In this document: positions 58,750-64,000 of the stretch, one piece after another
Layout of the letters: every line of letters begins with the position of its first letter
How positions within the stretch are numbered: the first letter of the stretch is position 1
Origin: Eledone cirrhosa
Lineage: Eukaryota
Reading direction: 5' to 3'
DNA length: 64,000 nucleotides
Assembly: GCA_964016885.1 (NCBI GenBank)
Contig: OZ024743.1
Location: 72,106,001 to 72,170,000 of the forward strand
The notes under the pieces: generated by a model
Told to the model about the DNA's origin: nothing
Database searches by the model: none
The model's input: only the letters and a program-made list of their open reading frames with translations
Translations under genes and position numbers: made by a program

Positions 58750-59022
58750 CTGCAGTGTTGTCATATAGTGAGTGAAGAGCGACAGAGAGAGAGAGAGAGT
58801 AAAGCAGTTAAATTATAGAGAGGGGGAATATACGGAGCGCTCCATTTGATCATATACATTGTTTCTCTCTCTGCAGTGTTGTCATATAGGGAGTGAAGAG
58901 CGACAGAGAGAGTAAAGCAGTTAAATTATAGAGAGTGGGAATATACGGAACGCTCCATTTGATCATATACATTGTTTCTCTCTCTGCAGTGTTGTCATAT
59001 AGGGAGTGAAGAGCGACAGAGA
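58750..59022. repeat. ~113-121-bp tandem repeat (~2.3 copies) inside the Helitron
   Basis: CTGCAGTGTTGTCATATAGkGAGTGAAGAGCGACAGAGAG at ~58750, 58871 and 58984. Confidence 0.9.
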
Positions 59023-59506
59023 GTTTGTTGTTTTATAAATTCATCTGTTGCTTTTGAATATTTGTTATTTGATGCAAAATGTACCTGTGTAAAATGTAAC
59101 GTTGAGAGAGCAGAATGTATTTAGTGTTATCGGCTTTTTAAATTTTGATATTTGATGTATGAGTGTCGTTATGACTGTTTGTTGTTGTATAAAATTATGT
59201 GTTGTTTAGTTATCAAAGTTTTTTTCGGGTTCCCGAACGAATAGGGGGAATGATCTATTATATACAGAGAAAAGAGCGACGGATAGAGTGAAGCTAGTGT
59301 TAAACCTAGAAGCATGAAGAGAGTAAAGCAGTTAAATTCTAGAGAGGGTGAATAATCTATTGTAGATAGAGGGAAGAGCGACGGAGAGAGTAAAGGTATG
59401 GTTGTTGTGTTGCTTAGGTTTCAAAGTTTGTATCGCGTTCCTTCAAAAGAATTTTGTCGTTGTTCTAAATTGTAATGGTGATAGAGTAGTAGACGGAGGT
59501 AGTAAA

Positions 59507-59632
59507 CTTTTAAAGAGAGTTGCAGAGGTGATTGAGGGGGAAGTAGAGAGAGTGATTAACCTTTTAAAGAGAGTTGTAGAGGAGATTGAGAGTGGAGTAG
59601 AGGAAAGGATGAATCTTTTAAAGAGAGTTGCA
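59507..59632. repeat. ~54-bp tandem repeat (~2.3 copies) inside the Helitron
   Basis: CTTTTAAAGAGAGTTGyA recurs three times at ~54-bp spacing. Confidence 0.8.
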
Positions 59633-59880
59633 ACATGTATGTAGTTTCATATAATTTTTATGGTAGTAGTGAGAGGAATGAAGCGTGTAAGAGAGAGGGT
59701 TACAGCATGTATTTAGTTTTATCGATTTTTTGTCATAGAAGTAGGAAACGGTTGGCAAAAATAATTACGCGTTGACCTGCCCTGGTAAATTTGGAGCACA
59801 TTTGGAAAAAATCATCAAAATCGGTAGAGAAATGTGGAAATGCATACAAATCATACACACACACAGACAGGCATCTACCG

Positions 59881-59930
<50 letters not shown>

Positions 59931-60289
59931 ACATACAGAGTAGTATATATGTATATATAGAGAGATAGTATAGAACAATATTAAATTGTCTTGTTGGCGG
60001 AAATTACTTGCAGGTTCTCATGTGGTTGGCAGACAACAATAATAGGAAATGTAAAACTCTTATTGTGTTTCCCTGGTTTGCAGTAATAAATATATGATAG
60101 TTTCAAAATAAATAAATATGTCAGGCATACCCGCTTATTTCCGTTTATTTATCTATTCTCTGGTTTTATTTTCACATCAGTCTTTGGTTTTCTTTGTTTG
60201 AACACTGATTGTTACATTTTTATTGACAACATCCTCTCTGTTATTGACAAAATATGTAAAACTTCATCTTGAGAAAATATTTCTAACAG

Positions 60290-60382
60290 TTTACACACAA
60301 ACATATATACATTCACACACACATATATATATATATACACTCACAGATACACACACACATATATATATATATACACTCACAG

Positions 60383-60437
<55 letters not shown>

Positions 60438-60510
60438 CATATATATATACATATATATACATACTCACACATAGATATACACACAAGCACAGGTATACAC
60501 ATACACACAG
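60290..60510. repeat. Compound (CA)/(TA) microsatellite region
   Basis: Direct reading. Confidence 0.9.
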
Positions 60511-60917
60511 TTACTTGTAGCAAGAAGCCACTATATGGGTTGTGATGTATAGATTCTAAAGACGTGGGGGGGGGCACTCACTTATTGTAAAAAACACCAA
60601 ATATATTTATAAACACACGTGTCTTAGCTCTAAGTTTTGTTTCTATGTTGCCCTCTTCTTATTCTCGTCTCTCTATTTCTTGTATCTCACATTCTATCTA
60701 CTGATGAAAGGACTAATGTCCGAAATCACGACACTTCTCTCTTTCTACTATATCAAGCGTTAAAATATAATAATATACATCTTCATTTTATTTACGCTGT
60801 TTTGTTTATCAATTTACCAATCACATGTGTATAAAATTATATATATTATATATATTATTGTTCTTTCGAGAGATGCTAGCCGATGCTGCAGCTTCGATCT
60901 TACTCACTTTCATTGTT

Positions 60918-60983
60918 ATACACACACACACACACAAACACATACACACACACCCACACACACACACACACCCACACACACAC

Positions 60984-61048
<65 letters not shown>
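60918..61048. repeat. (CA)n(TA)n microsatellite
   Basis: Direct reading. Confidence 0.95.
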
Positions 61049-61169
61049 ATAAATGTTATCTGAGTTTTTCGAATAATAATAATATTCGATTCGTTTGCAA
61101 TTATGCGAAGAAGCTCTTTAAAGCCATATCACTAAACTGTTCCCATCATTCTTGCTCTTGTATTGGCAT
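61048..61169 (+). repeat. Dispersed ~125-bp repeat, copy 2
   Basis: Homologous to 42751-42879. Confidence 0.85.
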
Positions 61170-61293
61170 GTAAACAGAACTGCAGGCACTAATGTTTCTG
61201 GGTATTACCATTCATCAGTGCAGCTCACTGTTCACCTGCCAACTGTCAGAGCTAGTGAAAATATATGCTATTTTCTAAAATATACAGTGACAG

Positions 61294-61394
61294 ATTGGCC
61301 TTATTTGCATATTAGCAGGCTGGCTGATCAGTCAAATTTGCATATTAGCAGACCCATTGATCAGCCAGATTTGCATATCAGCAAATAGGCCAGT
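61294..61394. repeat. 33-bp-period repeat with three ATTTGCAT octamers inside a short inverted repeat
   Basis: ATTTGCATATyAGCA at 61303, 61336 and 61369; TGGCCTTATTTGC / GCAAATAGGCCA flanking inverted repeat. Confidence 0.75.
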
Positions 61395-61429
61395 CAGTTT
61401 CATGTATAAGAGCGATTAATGGCCAGTTT

Positions 61430-62420
61430 TGCCATATTCAAATAACAAATATTACGCTTTTTACGGTTGCAGTTATTTCCGTTACCATTCGAAGTTCTCT
61501 CCCTGTGTCTGTGTGACACATAGAAACATGTTTATCCCATCTATGTTAATGGTGTTATCTCTGTTATACGAGATGCTGTTTATTCTATTAGAGTTTCTAT
61601 GTTTACTATTGTGAGTTATTTCTCTATGTTTAATTCCTAGATTTCTATTGTTAATTTTCGCTATATGTTGGGGCTATATATTTGATAGTCGAGTAGGAAT
61701 GTTTGATTGTGTGTCGTTTGAAGCTTTGATTGTATTTATGTGACCTAGGAAAACACCTATCTAATGTGTTAAAGAAAAGTCGAGCTAAGTTATTTTGAAT
61801 TCCAAGGTAGTGAGGTGGATTATACCACAGAAGGAGGCGGGATCTAACCCATTTATGCATTTTTTTGGTTGTGTTCGACTTATGTCCATTCGAGATCCGA
61901 TTTATTCTTTTGTTTTGGGTTCGAGTACCCCATTATTTCGATTGTAAATAATTGTATGTGTGTTAGTGTTAATAACTATGGTTTGTTTGTTTTTATGCGA
62001 GGGTGTGTAAATATCATTATCTATATTCGTGTACTCATTTTTATCCTGGTAACTTGCTCTAGCTAATGTCTTATTATAGTATCTAGCCTTACTATCAAAG
62101 ATTTCCTTGTTAGCTGAGAGTCTAGAGATTCTCTGCTCTAACCTTTTGAGTATGGCCTTCTTAACGTTTCTAGGGTGGTTTGAGAAGTAGCTAACATAAT
62201 TGAGGTTTTCATTTAATTTATGGTAAGGGTAGTAAAGGCCAGAATTAAGGTTTAACGTTATGTCTAGGTAGTTAGTTATACTATTATTCTTTTCTATTTC
62301 TAGCTTGAGACTGTAATTGTAAGAAAAATCGATTATTATTTTCTTTTTCCTATTTAGGGTACTATTGTTATGGTTAAATCGTGATAGAACCAGTTTAAAA
62401 CTAGTTAGACTATTACTTAA
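61430..62420 (-). mobile_element. Decayed Penelope-like element (Neptune-type) RT C-terminus/thumb and Cys-linker fragment
   Basis: Minus strand reads TNYLDITLNLNSGLYYPYHKLNENLNYVSYFSNHPRNVKKAI..RISRLSANKEIFD..YYNKTLARASY, then LLWYNPPHY..NNLARLFFNTLDRCFPRSHKYNQSFKRHTIKHSYS, then NCNRKKRNICYLN (eroded CNC..CPL). These are characteristic Penelope-like ORF motifs. Confidence 0.9.
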
Positions 62421-62538
62421 CAGAATACTCGATATTTGTTGTAATACAGTATGGCTATAATATAAAGAATCAGGGACTCAACGGTTGAGCCCAGCTGTTG
62501 AAACGGTAACAGATCAGCCTTCGGTTCCCGACATATTA

Positions 62539-62540
<2 letters not shown>

Positions 62541-62598
<58 letters not shown>

Positions 62599-62622
62599 TT
62601 GTGTGTGTGTGTGCGCGCGCGT

Positions 62623-62656
<34 letters not shown>
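62541..62656. repeat. (TA)n(TG)n microsatellite
   Basis: Direct reading. Confidence 0.95.
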
Positions 62657-62661
<5 letters not shown>

Positions 62662-63850
62662 GAGAGATTTGCGTCGATTGAATTTCATAGAAAATGAAGA
62701 CATATCAAACACAGAGGATAACTGTAGCTACACTCATTTGCTATAAATAATAGCTTAGAAAATGGGGTAAAATATCCCCATCGATGGACAGAATTGGACA
62801 ATTACTGCTTTAAAGCTTCATACCCTGTACTTCTTAAAGATACGAATAATTAAACAATGTCGTTATTCTAAATGGCACTGAAATATTCTTTCCTTTTTTT
62901 ATTTACAGTTTGATGTGATGTATATACGGGATGTTTCTTTATATATTCTTCTGTTTCATATATCATCTTTAACATATAAAATGTAATTATTCTTATCAAG
63001 TTGAATTAAGAAACAATGGAAAGTCGCCGTGACAATAACAAATGACTATATCAATAATCAATCAATGTAGCTTATCGTTGAAGCAATCAGTTAATGTACT
63101 TCTGTAGATGGGAGAAACGTGAATGTATGGTTTGTTTTCTCACAGCCTCCTCTGCTTCATTTTTCCGTGTCCATGTAGGTCGCCTGGTTTTCTAAACTGT
63201 TGCAGTGATTGACGATTGTAATTGTCATTTACATTGAGATAATTATTAATGTTTAATCGTTATCGATATACTACACGTCCTTAGGATCTTTAAAACATCT
63301 ATTTAAATAAAATACATTAAATTATTTTGCAGAATCATCCGATGGTTCAGCGCTGATTATGGTACTATGACAGAACTAGTTGCCTGGGTCGTTGATAAAA
63401 TGTCTACTCCAAAGAAAAGAAGGGAGTTACGATATGAACCCACATTTGGGACAGTTGAGAATTACTTTAACAAAATGATAATGTCTTCTATATTTAAGCG
63501 TTGATTTAACATACACCTGTATATTAGACGTATAAGACAGAATAATGAAGACGGCATAACTGTAGCTCATTTAGACACACACGCACACGTACCCACACAT
63601 ACACACACATATATATATGTGTGTACATATATATATATATATATAAACAATGAGTTATATGGTTTGTTGATTATTCAACAAAGTTTATTTTACAACAGAT
63701 TAGAAACCCTCAACAGCCTTTATCTGGAGTATCATTAATATTAATAGTAATAAATGGAAAATATCCTCATAAAACCATATTTATTTTATTATACATATTT
63801 CAGGGGTACTAATATTTAAGTTCGCTTTAGTCAAATAAAATATAATAATT

Positions 63851-64000
63851 ATTTCTACTTTTGACACAAGGCCAGCAATTACCCAGAGCATTACTGGTAC
63901 TTTATTTTATCGACCCCGTAAGGATGAAAGGCAAAGTTAACCTCGGCGGGTTTGAACTCAGAATGGCAAGGGTCGTAACTCTATGTGTCAAAGCATGCTG
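63851..64000 (-). mobile_element. tRNA-derived SINE, short-tail variant, running off the window end
   Basis: ACAAGGCCAGCAATTACCCAGAGCATTACTGGTACTTTATTTTATCGACCCCGTAAGGATGAAAGGCAAAGTTAACCTCGGCGGGTTTGAACTCAGAA. Confidence 0.9.

Overview
Eukaryotic, AT-rich, repeat-dominated DNA with no intact gene that I can support. The tRNA-derived SINEs resemble families I recall from octopus genomes, so a cephalopod source is likely (inference). Bases 1-39548 are one 19-bp satellite array (consensus CAGCTACTTTCTACACATA) containing two large, near-identical tandem duplications (~9.85 kb and ~4.57 kb); all ORFs there are artefacts of the repeat. Bases 39549-64000 are a mosaic of microsatellites and transposon relics: two RTE-clade LINE fragments, several SINEs, an internally deleted Helitron and a Penelope-like RT fragment. 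The most notable signal is a cluster at ~47.5-55.2 kb of mutually unrelated non-coding repeats. Each lies beside (TA)n tracts, most are in partial-tandem or inverted arrangement, and each carries a type I hammerhead ribozyme motif with a tiny, usually palindromic stem III. The cleanest is a highly structured 466-bp unit at 53391-54758, which looks like a retrozyme or a non-autonomous Penelope-like (pLTR) element. All alignments and folds were done by eye.
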